A program made the position numbers and the translations under genes. From contig OZ251233.1 of NCBI GenBank assembly GCA_965240325.2, positions 558,001 to 622,000 on the forward strand: a DNA stretch of 64,000 nucleotides, read 5' to 3'. How positions within the stretch are numbered: the first letter of the stretch is position 1; each line of letters starts with the position of its first letter. The DNA comes from Rebecca billardiae RCC1528 (Eukaryota; Protista; Haptophyta). The notes beneath the pieces are model-generated. The model saw only the letters and a list, made by a program, of their open reading frames with translations, was not told where the DNA came from and searched no databases. Below, in pieces: positions 31,301 through 43,089 of this stretch.

Positions 31301-34300
31301 CGGCGGTGGCGGCGCTGAAGGCGGCTCGGACGGCGGCGCGCTCGGCGGGCTCGGCGGCGGGAAGGGCGCGGCGCGCGGCGGCGGCGGCGGCGGGCTCGGC
31401 GGCGGACTCGGCGGCGGCGACGGCGGCGGCTGCGGCGGCGGGCTCGGCGGCAGGCTCGGTGGCGGCTGGGGCGGCGGCGAGGGCGGCAGGGACGGCGGCG
31501 GCGATGGCGGCGCGTCCGGAGGCGGCGCCGGTGGCGAGGTCGGCGGTGGCGAGGGCGGCGGCAGCGGCGGTGGGACCGGCGGCGACGGCGGCGGGAAGGG
31601 CTCGGTGCGTGGCGGCGGCGGTGGCCGTGGCGGTGGGCTCGGCGGCGGGCTGGGCGGCGGCGGAGGCGGCGGGCTCGGCGGCGGCAACGGCAGCGGCGAT
31701 GGCGGCGGCAACGGCGGCGGGCTGGGCGGCGGCGATGGTGGCACGCCCGGCGGCGGGCCCGGCGGTGGGCTCGGCGGCGGGTTCGGTGGCGGCGATGGCG
31801 GCGGCGCCGGCGCCGGGCTCGGGGGCGCCGGCGGGGGGAACGGCTCCGTGCGCGGCGGCGGCGGCAGCAGCGGCGGCGGGCTCGGCGGCGGGCTTGGCGG
31901 AGGCGTGGGCGGTAGGCTGAGCGGCGGCGAGGGCGGCGGAACCGGCGGCGGGCTCGGTGGCAGGCTCGGCGGCGGCGAGGGCGGCGGCGCGGGCGGCGGC
32001 GACGGCGGCGGGCTCGGTGGCGCGGGCGGCGGGAACGGCTCGGTGCGCGGCGGCGGCGGCGGCTGCGGTGGCGGGCTCGGCGGCGGGCTCGGCGGCGGCT
32101 CGCGAGGCGGGCTCGGCGGCGGAGAAGGCGGCGGCTGCGGCACGCTCGGCTGGGATGGCGGAGGGGATGGCGGCGGGCTCGGCGGCGCGCTCGGCGGCGG
32201 GCTCGGTGGCGGGTGCGGCGGCGCGCTCGGCGGTGGCGACGGAGGCGGTGACGGCGGCGCGAGAGGCGGGGGCGATGGCGGCGGCAATGGCGGCGGGCTT
32301 GGCGGGGGTGATGGTGGCGCCATCGGAGGCGGGCTCGGCGGCGGCCACGGTGGCGAGCTTGGCGGTGGCGACGGAGGCGGGCTCGGTGGTGGCATCGGCG
32401 GCGGCACAGGAGGCGGGGTTGGCGGTGGGCTCGGCGGCGGCGACGGTGGTGGGCTCGGCGGCGGGCTCGGTGGCGGCGATGGCGGCGGCGACGGCGGCGG
32501 TTTCGGTGGTGGGCTCGGAGGTGGCGACGGCGGCGGGCTTGGCGGTGGCGAGGGCGGCGGGCTTGGAGGTGGGCTCGGAGGCGGTGAGGGCGGTGAGCTT
32601 GGTGGCGGTGACGGCGGCGGCGAGGGCGGAGGGTTTGGGGGCAGGCTCGGAGGCGGTGAGGGCGGTGGGCTCGGCGGGGGGCTCGGTGGCGGGTTCGGAG
32701 GCGGTGAGGGCGGTGGGCTCGGTGGCGGCGATGGTGGCGGCGACGGCGGTGGGCTCGGCGGTGGGCTCGGTGGCGGCGACGGTGGCGGTGAGGGCGGCGG
32801 GCTCGGTGGCGGGCTCGGAGGAGGTGACGGCGGTGGGCTCGGCGGCGGCGATGGTGGCGGCGACGGCGGCGGGCTTGGCGGTGGTGACGGTGGCGGCGAC
32901 GGTGGCGGGCTGGGTGGCGGGCTCGGAGGCGGTGAGGGCGGCGGGCTCGGCGGCGGCGACGGTGGCGGCGAGGGCGGTGGGCTGGGTGGCGGGCTCGGTG
33001 GCGGGCGTGGCGGCGGGCTTGGCGGCGGCGACGGCGGTGGGCTCGGCGGCGGGGATGGCGGCGGTGATGGCGGTGGGTTTGGTGGCGGGCTCGGCGGCGG
33101 TGAGGGCGGTGGGCTCGGCGGCGGCGACGGTGGCGGCGAGGGCGGCGGGCTGGGTGGCGGGCTCGGTGGCGGGCTTGGCGGCGGGGATGGCGGCGGCGAT
33201 GGCGGTGGGCTCGGTGGCGGGCTCGGTGGCGGGCTTGGCGGCGGCGAGGGCGGAGGGCTCGGCGGCGGCGATGGAGGCGGGCTCGGTGGCGGCGAAGGCG
33301 GTGGGCTCGGCGGCGGCGACGGTGGTGGCGAGGGCGGTGGGCTGGGTGGCGGGCTCGGTGGCGGGCTTGGCGGCGGGGATGGCGGCGGCGAGGGCGGAGG
33401 GCTCGGCGGCGGCGACGGTGGCGGCGAGGGCGGCGGCGAGGGCGGCGGGCTCGGTGGCGGGCTTGGGGGCGGCGACGGCGGCGGCGATGGCGGTGGGCTT
33501 GGCGGTGGTGACGGTGGCGGCGACGGTGGCGGGCTTGGTGGAGGGCTCGGTGGCGGTGACGGCGGTGGACTCGGCGGCGGCGACGGCGGCGGCGATGGCG
33601 GTGGGCTCGGTGGCGGGCTCGGAGGCGGTGAGGGCGGTGGGCTCGGCGGCGGCGACGGTGGCGGCGAGGGCGGCGGCGAGGGCGGCGGGCTCGGTGGTGG
33701 CGACGGTGGCGGTGAGGGCGGCGGGCTCGGTGGCGGGCTCGGAGGCGGTGACGGCGGTGGGCTCGGCGGCGGTGATGGCGGCGGCGAGGGCGGAGGGCTT
33801 GGTGGCGGGCTCGGAGGCGGTGAGGGCGGCGGGCTCGGCGGCGGGGACGGTGGCGGTGAGGGCGGTGGGCTCGGCGGCGGCGACGGTGGCGGCGAGGGCG
33901 GCTGGCTGGGTGGCGGGCTCGGCGGCGGGCTTGGCGGCGGGGATGGAGGCGGCGAGGGCGGAGGGCTCGGCGGCGGCGACGGTGGCGGCGAGGGCGGCGG
34001 CGAGGGCGGCGGGCTCGGTGGTGGCGACGGTGGCGGTGAGGGCGGCGGGCTCGGTGGCGGGCTCGGAGGCGGTGACGGCGGTGGGCTCGGCGGCGGTGAT
34101 GGCGGCGGCGAGGGCGGAGGGCTTGGTGGCGGGCTCGGAGGCGGTGAGGGCGGCGGGCTCGGCGGCGGGGACGGTGGCGGTGAGGGCGGTGGGCTGGGTG
34201 GCGGGCTGGGTGGAGGGCTTGGCGGCGGGGATGGCGGCGGCGACGGCGGTGGGCTCGGCGGCGGCGAAGGTGGTGGCGAGGGCGGTGGGCTCGGCGGCGG

Positions 34301-37300
34301 GCTCGGTGGCGGGCTTGGGGGCGGCGACGGCGGCGGCGACGGCGGCGGGCTTGGCGGTGGTGACGGTGGCGGCGACGGTGGCGGGCTTGGCGGCGGGCTC
34401 GGAGGCGGTGAGGGCGGTGGGCTTGGCGGCGGCGACGGTGGCGGCGAGGGCGGTGGGCTGGGTGGCGGGCTCGGTGGCGGGCTTGGCGGCGGCGAGGGCG
34501 GCGGCGACGGTGGAGGGCTTGGCGGCGGTGATGGTGGCGGCGAAGGTGGCGGGCTTGGGGGCGGGCTCGGAGGCGGTGAGGGCGGTGGGCTCGGCGGCGG
34601 CGACGGTGGCGGCGAGGGCGGTGGGCTGGGTGGCGGGCTCGGTGGCGGGCTTGGCGGCGGCGAGGGTGGCGGGCTTGGGGGCGGGCTCGGAGGCGGTGAG
34701 GGCGGTGGGCTCGGAGGCGGCGACGGCGGCGGCGAGGGCGGTGGGCTCGGCGGCGGTGATGGCGGCGGCGAGGGCGGAGGGCTTGGTGGCGGGCTCGGAG
34801 GCGGTGAGGGCGGCGGGTTCGGCGGCGGGGACGGTGGCGGTGAGGGCGGTGGGCTGGGTGGCGGGCTGGGTGGCGGGCTTGGCGGCGGGGATGGCGGCGG
34901 CGACGGCGGTGGGCTCGGCGGCGGCGAAGGTGGTGGCGAGGGCGGTGGGCTCGGCGGCGGGCTCGGTGGCGGGCTTGGGGGCGGCGACGGCGGCGGCGAC
35001 GGCGGCGGGCTTGGCGGTGGTGACGGTGGCGGCGACGGTGGCGGGCTTGGCGGCGGGCTCGGAGGCGGTGAGGGCGGTGGGCTTGGCGGCGGCGACGGTG
35101 GCGGCGAGGGCGGTGGGCTGGGTGGCGGGCTGGGTGGCGGGCTTGGCGGCGGGGATGGCGGCGGCGACGGCGGTGGGCTCGGCGGCGGCGAAGGTGGTGG
35201 CGAGGGCGGTGGGCTCGGCGGCGGGCTCGGTGGCGGGCTTGGGGGCGGCGACGGCGGCGGCGACGGCGGCGGGCTTGGCGGTGGTGACGGTGGCGGCGAC
35301 GGTGGCGGGCTTGGCGGCGGGCTCGGAGGCGGTGAGGGCGGTGGGCTTGGCGGCGGCGACGGTGGCGGCGAGGGCGGTGGGCTGGGTGGCGGGCTGGGTG
35401 GCGGGCTTGGCGGCGGGGATGGCGGCGGCGACGGCGGTGGGCTCGGCGGCGGCGAAGGTGGTGGCGAGGGCGGTGGGCTCGGCGGCGGGCTCGGTGGCGG
35501 GCTTGGGGGCGGCGACGGCGGCGGCGACGGCGGCGGGCTTGGCGGTGGTGACGGTGGCGGCGACGGTGGCGGGCTTGGCGGCGGGCTCGGAGGCGGTGAG
35601 GGCGGTGGGCTTGGCGGCGGCGACGGTGGTGGCGAGGGCGGTGGGCTGGGTGGCGGGCTCGGTGGCGGGCTTGGCGGCGGCGAGGGCGGCGGCGACGGTG
35701 GAGGGCTTGGCGGCGGTGATGGTGGCGGCGAAGGTGGCGGGCTTGGGGGCGGGCTCGGAGGCGGTGAGGGCGGTGGGCTCGGCGGCGGCGACGGTGGCGG
35801 CGAGGGCGGTGGGCTGGGTGGCGGGCTCGGTGGCGGGCTTGGCGGCGGCGAGGGTGGCGGGCTTGGGGGCGGGTTAGGAGGCGGTGAGGGCGGTGGGCTC
35901 GGAGGCGGCGACGGCGGCGGCGAGGGCGGTGGGCTCGGCGGCGGGCTTGGCGGTGGTGACGGTGGCGGCGACGGTGGCGGGCTTGGGGGCGGGCTCGGAG
36001 GCGGTGAGGGCGGTGGGCTCGGAGGCGGCGCCGGTGGCGGCGAGGGCGGTGGCGAAGGCGGTGGTGAGGGCGGCGAACTCGGGGGCGGCGAAGGCGGTGG
36101 CGACGGTGGTGGGCTCGGGGGCGGTGATGGTGGCGGTGACGGCGGCGGACTCGGCGGCGGGCTCGGTGGCGGCGAGGGTGGCGGACTCGGCGGCGGCCGA
36201 GGCGGTGGGCTCGGCGGTGGGCTTGGTGGTGGGCTCGGCGGCGGCGATGGCGGCGGCAACGGCGGCGGACTCGGCGGCGGACTCGGTGGCGGCGAGGGTG
36301 GCGGACTCGGCGGTGGACTTGGCGGCGGGCTTGGCGGCGGCAAGGGCGGTGGGCTCGGCGGCGGGCTCGGCGGGGGCGACGGCGGTGGACTCGGTGGCGG
36401 GCTCGGCGGCGGGCGCGGCGGGGGCGATGGCGGGGGACTCGGCGGGGGCGATGGCGGTGGGCTCGGCGGTGGCGACGGCGGCGGGCTTGGAGGCGGGCTG
36501 GGTGGTGGGCTAGGTGGCGGCGAGGGCGGCGGGCTGGGCGGTGGGCTAGGCGGCGGCGACGGGGGTGGGGACGGCGGGGGCGATGGCGGAGGCGGTGACG
36601 GCGGTGGGCTCGGAGGCGGCGAAGGAGGCGGGCTTGGCGGTGGGCTCGGCGGCGGTGGGCTAGGCGGTGGCGACGGTGGCGGAGAGGGCGGCGGCGATGG
36701 TGGCGGGCTCGGCGGCGGGCTCGGCGGCGGGCTCGGGGGCGGGCTCGGCGGCGGGCTCGGCGGTGGCGCGGGCGGCGGGCTAGGAGGCGGCGAGGGCGGC
36801 GGGCTCGGCGGAGGCGGGCTCGGCGGCGGGGATGGCGGCGGCGATGGCGGTGGCGACGGCGGTGGGCTCGGCGGTGGCGAAGGCGGTGGGCTCGGCGGTG
36901 GGCTGGGCGGCGGTGATGGCGGCGGCGGGCTCGGAGGCGGGCTCGGCGGCGGGCTCGGGGGTGGCGATGGCGGCGGCGACGGCGGCGGGCTCGGGGGCGG
37001 GCTTGGGGGTGGGCTTGGGGGAGGGCTCGGTGGTGGAGGCGACGGCGGTGGGCTGGGCGGTGGCGAAGGCGGCGGGCTCGGCGGTGGGGATGGCGGTGGA
37101 GACGGTGGCGGGCTCGGCGGCGGCGATGGCGGCGGCGATGGCGGCGGCGATGGCGGCGGCGATGGCGGCGGCGATGGCGGCGGCGATGGCGGCGGCGGGC
37201 TTGGTGGGGGGCTCGGTGGCGGGCTTGGCGGCGGCGAGGGTGGAGGCGAGGGCGGCGGGCTAGGCGGTGGCGATGGCGGCGGCGAAGGCGGTGGTGAGGG

Positions 37301-40300
37301 CGGCGGACTCGGTGGCGGCGAGGGCGGCGGTGAAGGCGGCGGGCTCGGTGGAGGTGGCGATGGCGGTGGGCTCGGCGGCGGCGAAGGCGGCGGTGAGGGC
37401 GGCGGGCTCGGTGGCGGGCTCGGTGGCGGCGAGGGTGGCGGCGACGGCGGCGGGCTCGGTGGCGGGCTGGGTGGCGGCGACGGTGGCGGCGACGGCGGCG
37501 GGCTGGGTGGCGGGCTCGGGGGTGGTGAAGGTGGCGGAGACGGCGGTGGCGGGGACGGTGGCGGGCTCGGGGGTGGCGAGGGCGGTGGGCTCGGCGGCGG
37601 GCTCGGCGGCGGGCTCGGGGGCGGCGACGGCGGCGGACTTGGCGGCGGGCTCGGAGGCGGCGGGCTCGGCGGCGGGCTTGGCGGCGGGCTCGGCGGTGGC
37701 GAGGGCGGCGGCGAGGGGGGTGGTGAGGGCGGCGGCGAGGGCGGCGGCGAGGGGGGCGGCGAAGGCGGCGGCGAGGGCGGCGGGCTCGGCGGTGGCGAGG
37801 GCGGCGGCGAGGGCGGCGGTGGGCTCGGCGGCGGCGACGGTGGCGGGCTCGGCGGCGGCGACGGTGGCGGCGAGGGCGGCGGGCTCGGCGGCGGGCTGGG
37901 CGGTGGCGACGGCGGCGGACTCGGCGGCGGGCTCGGCGGGGGGCTGGGCGGTGGCGACGGCGGTGGGCTCGGCGGTGGGCTCGGTGGTGGGCTCGGCGGC
38001 GGTGACGGTGGCGGTGACGGCGGCGGAGGCGAGGGCGGCGGGCTCGGCGGTGGCGACGGCGGTGGAGAGGGCGGTGGGCTGGGCGGTGGCGAGGGCGGCG
38101 GCGTGGGTGGCGGTGAGGGCGGCGGACTCGGTGGCGGTGAGGGCGGCGGCGAGGGCGGCGGACTCGGCGGAGGTGGCGATGGCGGTGGGCTTGGCGGCGG
38201 CGAAGGCGGCGGTGAGGGCGGCGGGCTCGGTGGCGGGCTCGGTGGCGGCGACGGTGGTGGGCTCGGCGGCGGGCTCGGTGGTGGGCTGGGAGGCGGGCTC
38301 GGCGGCGGAGACGGCGGTGGCGGCGACGGCGGCGGGCTCGGCGGTGGCGAGGGCGGTGGGCTTGGCGGAGGGCTCGGCGGCGGACTCGGGGGCGGCGACG
38401 GCGGCGGGCTTGGCGGCGGGCTCGGCGGCGGCGGGCTCGGCGGTGGCGATGGCGGCGGGCTCGGCGGCGGAGAGGGGGGTGGCGAAGGCGGCGGAGAGGG
38501 GGGTGGCGAGGGGGGCGGCGAGGGGGGCGGCGAAGGCGGCGGCGAGGGCGGCGGGCTTGGCGGCGGCGAGGGCGGTGGCAATGGCGGAGGTGGGCTCGGC
38601 GGCGGCGACGGTGGTGGGCTCGGCGGCGGCGACGGTGGTGGCGAGGGCGGCGGGCTCGGCGGCGGGCTGGGCGGTGGCGACGGCGGCGGGCTCGGCGGCG
38701 GGCTCGGCGGAGGGCTGGGCGGTGGCGAGGGCGGTGGGCTCGGCGGTAGGCTGGGCGGCGGGCTCGGCGGCGGTGACGGTGGCGGTGACGGCGGTGGAGG
38801 CGAGGGCGGCGGGCTCGGCGGTGGTGACGGCGGTGGCGACGGCGGAGGTGAGGGCGGCGGGCTCGGTGGCGGCGAGGGCGGCGGGCTCGGTGGTGGACTC
38901 GGTGGCGGTGGGCTCGGCGGCGGCGAGGGCGGCGGCGAGGGCGGAGGCGAGGGCGGCGGGCTCGGCGGCGGCGGGCTCGGCGGCGGCGAGGGCGGTGGCG
39001 AGGGTGGTGGTGACGGGGGCGGGCTGGGCGGCGGACTCGGCGGTGGTGACGGCGGCGGCGGGCTGGGTGGCGGGCTCGGCGGAGGGCTGGGCAGCGGGCT
39101 CGGCGGCGGCGATGGCGGTGGCGATGGCGGCGGGCTGGGTGGCGGGCTCGGAGGTGGCGACGGTGGTGGGCTTGGTGGTGGCGAGGGCGGCTGCGCGGGT
39201 GGCGGTGAGGGTGGCGGCGAGGGTGGTGGTGACGGCGGAGGGCTTGGCGGGGGGCTCGGCGGTGGTGACGGCGGCGGTGGGCTGGGTGGCGGGCTCGGTG
39301 CTGGGCTGGGCGGCGGCGATGGTGGCGGGCTCGGCGGTGGGCTCGGCGGCGGGCTCGGCGGGGGCGAGGGTGGCGGCGCCGGTGGCGGTGGCGACGGCGG
39401 TGGGCTCGGCGGCGGGCTTGGCGGCGGAGAAGGTGGCGGCGGGCTCGGCGGGGGACTCGGCGGTGGCGAGGGCGGAGGGGACGGGGGCGATGCGGGCGGC
39501 GGCGAGGGCGGCGGCGAGGGCGGTGGTGGACTCGGTGGCGGCGAAGGCGGCGGGTCCGGCGGCGGGCTGGGTGGGGGCGACGGTGGCGGCGAGGGTGGCG
39601 GTGAGGGCGGCGGCGAGGGCGGCGGTGAGGGCGGCGGCGGCGAGGGTGGTGGTGAGGGTGGTGGCGGCGAGGGCGGTGGTGAGGGCGGCGGCGGCGAGGG
39701 CGGCGGGCTCGGCGGTGGCGGCGGCGGCAGCCCAATCGCCGGCAGCCCGTCGCCCATCTGAGCCGGGAGCGTGCCACGCGTCACCATGTCGCCGTACCCG
39801 AGCTTGCCCAAGGCGCCGTTGCCAAAGCTGCGTGCGTGGCGCGGCACACGGGGCGTCGGTGCGGGGGCGGGGAAGAGGCCGTGAGGTGCAAGCCAGCTAG
39901 CGCGGCAGTGGTGCCGCACTGCCTCGTGTCCCTGCCGCGCGGCCGCGCAGCGCCGCGCAGCGCAGCACGCCGAGCGCGGGCGCGCGCGCGCGTGCACGCA
40001 CCACTTGATGGCCTCGTCGTCCAGCAGCGCGCACGCGTGCTCGTACCCCGTGCTGAACGTACTCACGGTCCGGCCCGCGCCGAGATCGACCGGATTCAGA
40101 GCGTCGCCCATCTCGCCTGGGTGATAGCCGCGCCCCAAGCCGTCGGCTGCGCCGTTCTCACCGTTCGCGCCGTTGCCCCAGCTGCGAGCGCGCGGCGGGC
40201 GCGACGCACGAGTCAGCGGGCGCACGGCACGCTGCGGCGCCGGCCACGCACGTGGCGCGTGGCGCGGCGGCGGTCGCGGCGGCTTGTCCATCGCGGCGCA

Positions 40301-41809
40301 AGCCGCGGAGACGGAGGCGGACACGCGGGTGCGTGCGTGCGCACCATTTGAGAGCGCCGCTCGTGAGCAGCGCGCACGAGTGCAGTCCGCCGAGCTGGAT
40401 GTCGGAGGCGACGAGGCCTGTGCCCAGGCCACTGTCCGACAGCGCCGTGGGCGACGTCTGGTCGGCGGCGCTCCCCGTGCCCAGCCGGCCGCTCGAGCCC
40501 TCGCCCCAGCACTTGAGGCTGTCATCGGACAGCCGCACGCACGAGTGGCCCCAGCCGACGCCCACCTCGACCGCCGAGCCGCCCACGGCGACGTACGGCA
40601 GGTTGGAGCCCATCGTGTTCGCCGCGTTCCCTTTGGCCGTGAGCGTGCCGTCGCCGAGCTGCCCCCAGTCGTTGCGGCCCCAGCTGCGCACGCGAGATGC
40701 GCGCACCCGCAGCCCGCAGGGGTAAGGGCTCGGCCCCGCTCTGTGGCGCGCACGGGGTGCTGCCAGCACGGGCACGGCGCATGGCGCGCACGCGCGGGGC
40801 CAGCGGCGCACCATTTGACGTGGGCGTCGGCAAAGACCACGCAGCCGTGCGCACCGATGTGTACACTCCACTGGCTGACGGCCGACGCCGTCCCAAAGTC
40901 GAGGTGGCCACCCGGCGCGTTGAGGCTCGTCGAAGACTCGTACCCGAGCGAGCCCGGGTCGGCACGGCCCCAGCACTGGATGCCCGTGGTGCTGGAGATC
41001 GTCGAGCGCACGCACGTGTGCAGCGCGCCGCACTGCACCTCGTGCGCGCTCGCGCTCGCGCCGAGGTAGACGGCGGGCAGGGTGTCACCCATGGCCCGGC
41101 TGCCGCCCGCGCCGTCGCCGGCGTCGACGTTGTCGCCGGTGCCGAGCTGCCCCCACGAGTTGCTCCCCCAGCTGCGCCGCGTGCGGCGAGCACGCGGCGA
41201 CAGTGCGCGCGCGCGCGCGGCGCGGCAGCGTGGCGGCATCGCGCGTGGTCAGTCAGTCAGTGCGAGAATCCCGAGCAGGGGGCAAGAAGAGCGCGCGCGC
41301 GGCGAGGCGAGGCACGGGGCATGCGCGAGGCGCCGAGCCGTCCCGGGCGCGAGCGCATCGCGCACCATCTCACGCTCGAGTCGGAGAGCAGCGCGCACGC
41401 GTGCAACTGGCCCACGGAGACACTCGTCGCGGTTGTCCCGCTCGGCAGTTGAATGAAAGGCAGCCTCGCGCCGAGCTCGTTCGCGTCGTCGCCCCGCGTG
41501 CTGACGTCGTCGTAGCCGAGGCGCCCGCTGGCGCCGCCGCCAAAACTGCGGCACGCGGTGCGTGGCCACGCGCGCGCTGGGCAGCGGCTGAGCGCGGAGC
41601 GCCTCGCCTAGTGCGCGCGCGCGCGGGCGGGCGAGCGGCGGGTCGCGGGCCGCCGCGCACCACTTGATTTGGCCGATCGAGTAGACCACGCACGTGGAAA
41701 ACCTGCCAGCTGCAATCACTGTCGGCGTACCTGCGCTGCCCACGCTCCAGAGTGCGGGGTGCAATGCCGGGGCGAGCAGGACGAGCAGCCCGAGGGCGTG
41801 CGCTGCCAT
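22310..41809 (-). CDS. Giant RCC1-propeller / SPPP-stalk / IPT / REJ / GPS / 5-TM polycystin-1-like protein, copy B (complete, ~6241 aa)
   Basis: Predicted exons are 41809-41661, 41545-41366, 41171-40812, 40683-40345, 40181-40002 and 39827-22310 (18726 nt in total, in frame). All introns are GTGCG..GCAG. Signal peptide MAAHALGLLVLLAPAL. Seven RCC1-type units (CWG.N..GQLG...G..H.C). The C-terminal ~2990 aa are nearly identical to copy A, with the GPS at ~26755-26876. Confidence 0.88.
31292..39727 (-). repeat. Coding SPPP/SPPPP extensin-like repeat, copy B (~2812 codons) with higher-order DNA repeats
   Basis: Continuous SPPP translation. SP4 units are mixed into the N-proximal part. A 264-bp higher-order unit repeats at ~34861, 35125 and 35389, with a related copy at ~34201. 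Confidence 0.97.
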
Positions 41810-42005
41810 TCTTCCAGCCTTCTGCTCCCGCTGCCACGACGAGCTTGCGAATCCAGCGAGTCGCACAACCGCACCGCTGTAGAAGTTACGTATGGGTAAA
41901 CTAACTGAAACTCTTATAAGTATATCTTCTTTGGTTCAGAATCATCACCCGCCTCGTGCCGGTTTGTGCCGGTTCGTTGGTCATGTCGGTATTTGTTCAG
42001 AGACA

Positions 42006-42218
42006 TTTTAAATTCCCCTTTATAACGGGCTCCGGGTGATCAGGCTGGCGGCCGAAGCCTCCAGCCCTACCCTGGCCAGCCTGCTGATGAATTGACGATG
42101 ATGATTACTCTGATGAACCCATCATCGAGTGATCGGGCCTTTTTTTAAATTCCCCTTTATAACGGGCTCCGGGTGATCAGACTGGCGGCCGAAGCCTCCA
42201 GCCCTACCCTGGCCAGCC
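42006..42218. repeat. 76-bp direct repeat pair upstream of gene copy B
   Basis: TTTTAAATTCCCCTTTATAACGGGCTCCGGGTGATCAG.CTGGCGGCCGAAGCCTCCAGCCCTACCCTGGCCAGCC at 42006-42081 and 42143-42218, with one mismatch. Confidence 0.9.
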
Positions 42219-42748
42219 CCCAACCAACCACCACCCTCACCCAACCTCGAACCACTGACCGATACACCAAGTGCCTTGACACCACTCCGCTGTGGACAGC
42301 CCGCCTCCAGAGGGGGCGGGGGTATGCCATTGCCGACAGCATACAAGCCCAACACTGTGGGGTGGTCCCAGGTACCAGCAGTGCACTGCCTTGCAATTCG
42401 AGATCATCGAGTTTGAGCCGAGTCGGCAGACTGGGCACCCCCTAGGGCGCCCCAGTGTGGGCAGAGGGCCAGCCACTAGCCGATCCCTGCGCGGGGGAGG
42501 GGACGGAGGGGGCTGTCAGCGAGCCCAGTAGCTGGGCCGGGGTCTGGGCCACCGGTCCTGGCAGTGAGGCGCCTGTATTTCACTCGTGCTGCTATGGAGG
42601 CAGATGGTGTCATGTCAGACATGTGTGCGATATCGGGCATCAAGTCAGGGCGTGGGCCGCTGTAGGACGCAAGCAGAGTGGTGGCGATGGCTAATACGCC
42701 TGGGGAGGTGTCGTTTGCGCGCCTCTTTTTGCTGCTCTTACTATCAGC

Positions 42749-43023
42749 ATAACTGGGACCAGGCCCGCCTCGCGGCGGACTCGGCCCGCGGTCCGGCGGC
42801 AGCCGCGGGGGCGGCGGCCGGGTGACAGTAGCGGCGGAGCGCCCGACTGCTATTCCTCCTTCCGCGCGACGCTCCGGCTACGCGGCTAAGGTAGCGATGG
42901 GCCTGCCGACCCCCCTCTTTGCCAGTCGCCCCGACTCTGCCCGCAACCCGCGCTATCTAACGAGGGTCGCAGTTGATCAGCAAGGGGACTGGCTGAGGGG
43001 CGGCGGCTCCCGGCCACCGTCGC
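42749..43023 (-). repeat. Repeat B2 (275 bp; matches B1 at 43536-43810)
   Basis: ATAACTGGGACCAGG...CCGGCCACCGTCGC in both copies. Confidence 0.95.
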
Positions 43024-43089
43024 CACAACCGGAACAAGCCATGCCCACCACAGTCGAGCCGGGTGGGAGGGCAGGGTGCGAAATCAGTA

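Larger units (their letters stand above)
1..36431. repeat. Large inverted duplication: arm A 1-12468 and arm B 22274-36431 (may extend beyond the window start)
   Basis: 3461-12439 (8979 bp) matches the reverse complement of 22310-31291 (8982 bp) almost perfectly. Homology continues ~30 bp past the stop codon. Position 1 aligns to 36431 through the diagnostic SPPPRPPP...LPPP variant units. Confidence 0.95.

Noticed and set aside
30591-39761. 3056-aa Gly-rich ORF on the plus strand, plus the long Ala-rich and Arg-rich ORFs over the same tract
   Set aside because: These are antisense and alternate-frame shadows of the SPPP repeat. Variation is synonymous only in the minus-strand SPPP frame, which also connects to real domains.
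39828-41239. N-terminus of the 6309-aa ORF as given in the track (MPPRCRAAR...)
   Set aside because: It starts inside predicted intron 2 and reads through introns, losing the RCC1 frame in exon 4. The spliced model from 41809 gives a signal peptide and continuous RCC1 repeats.
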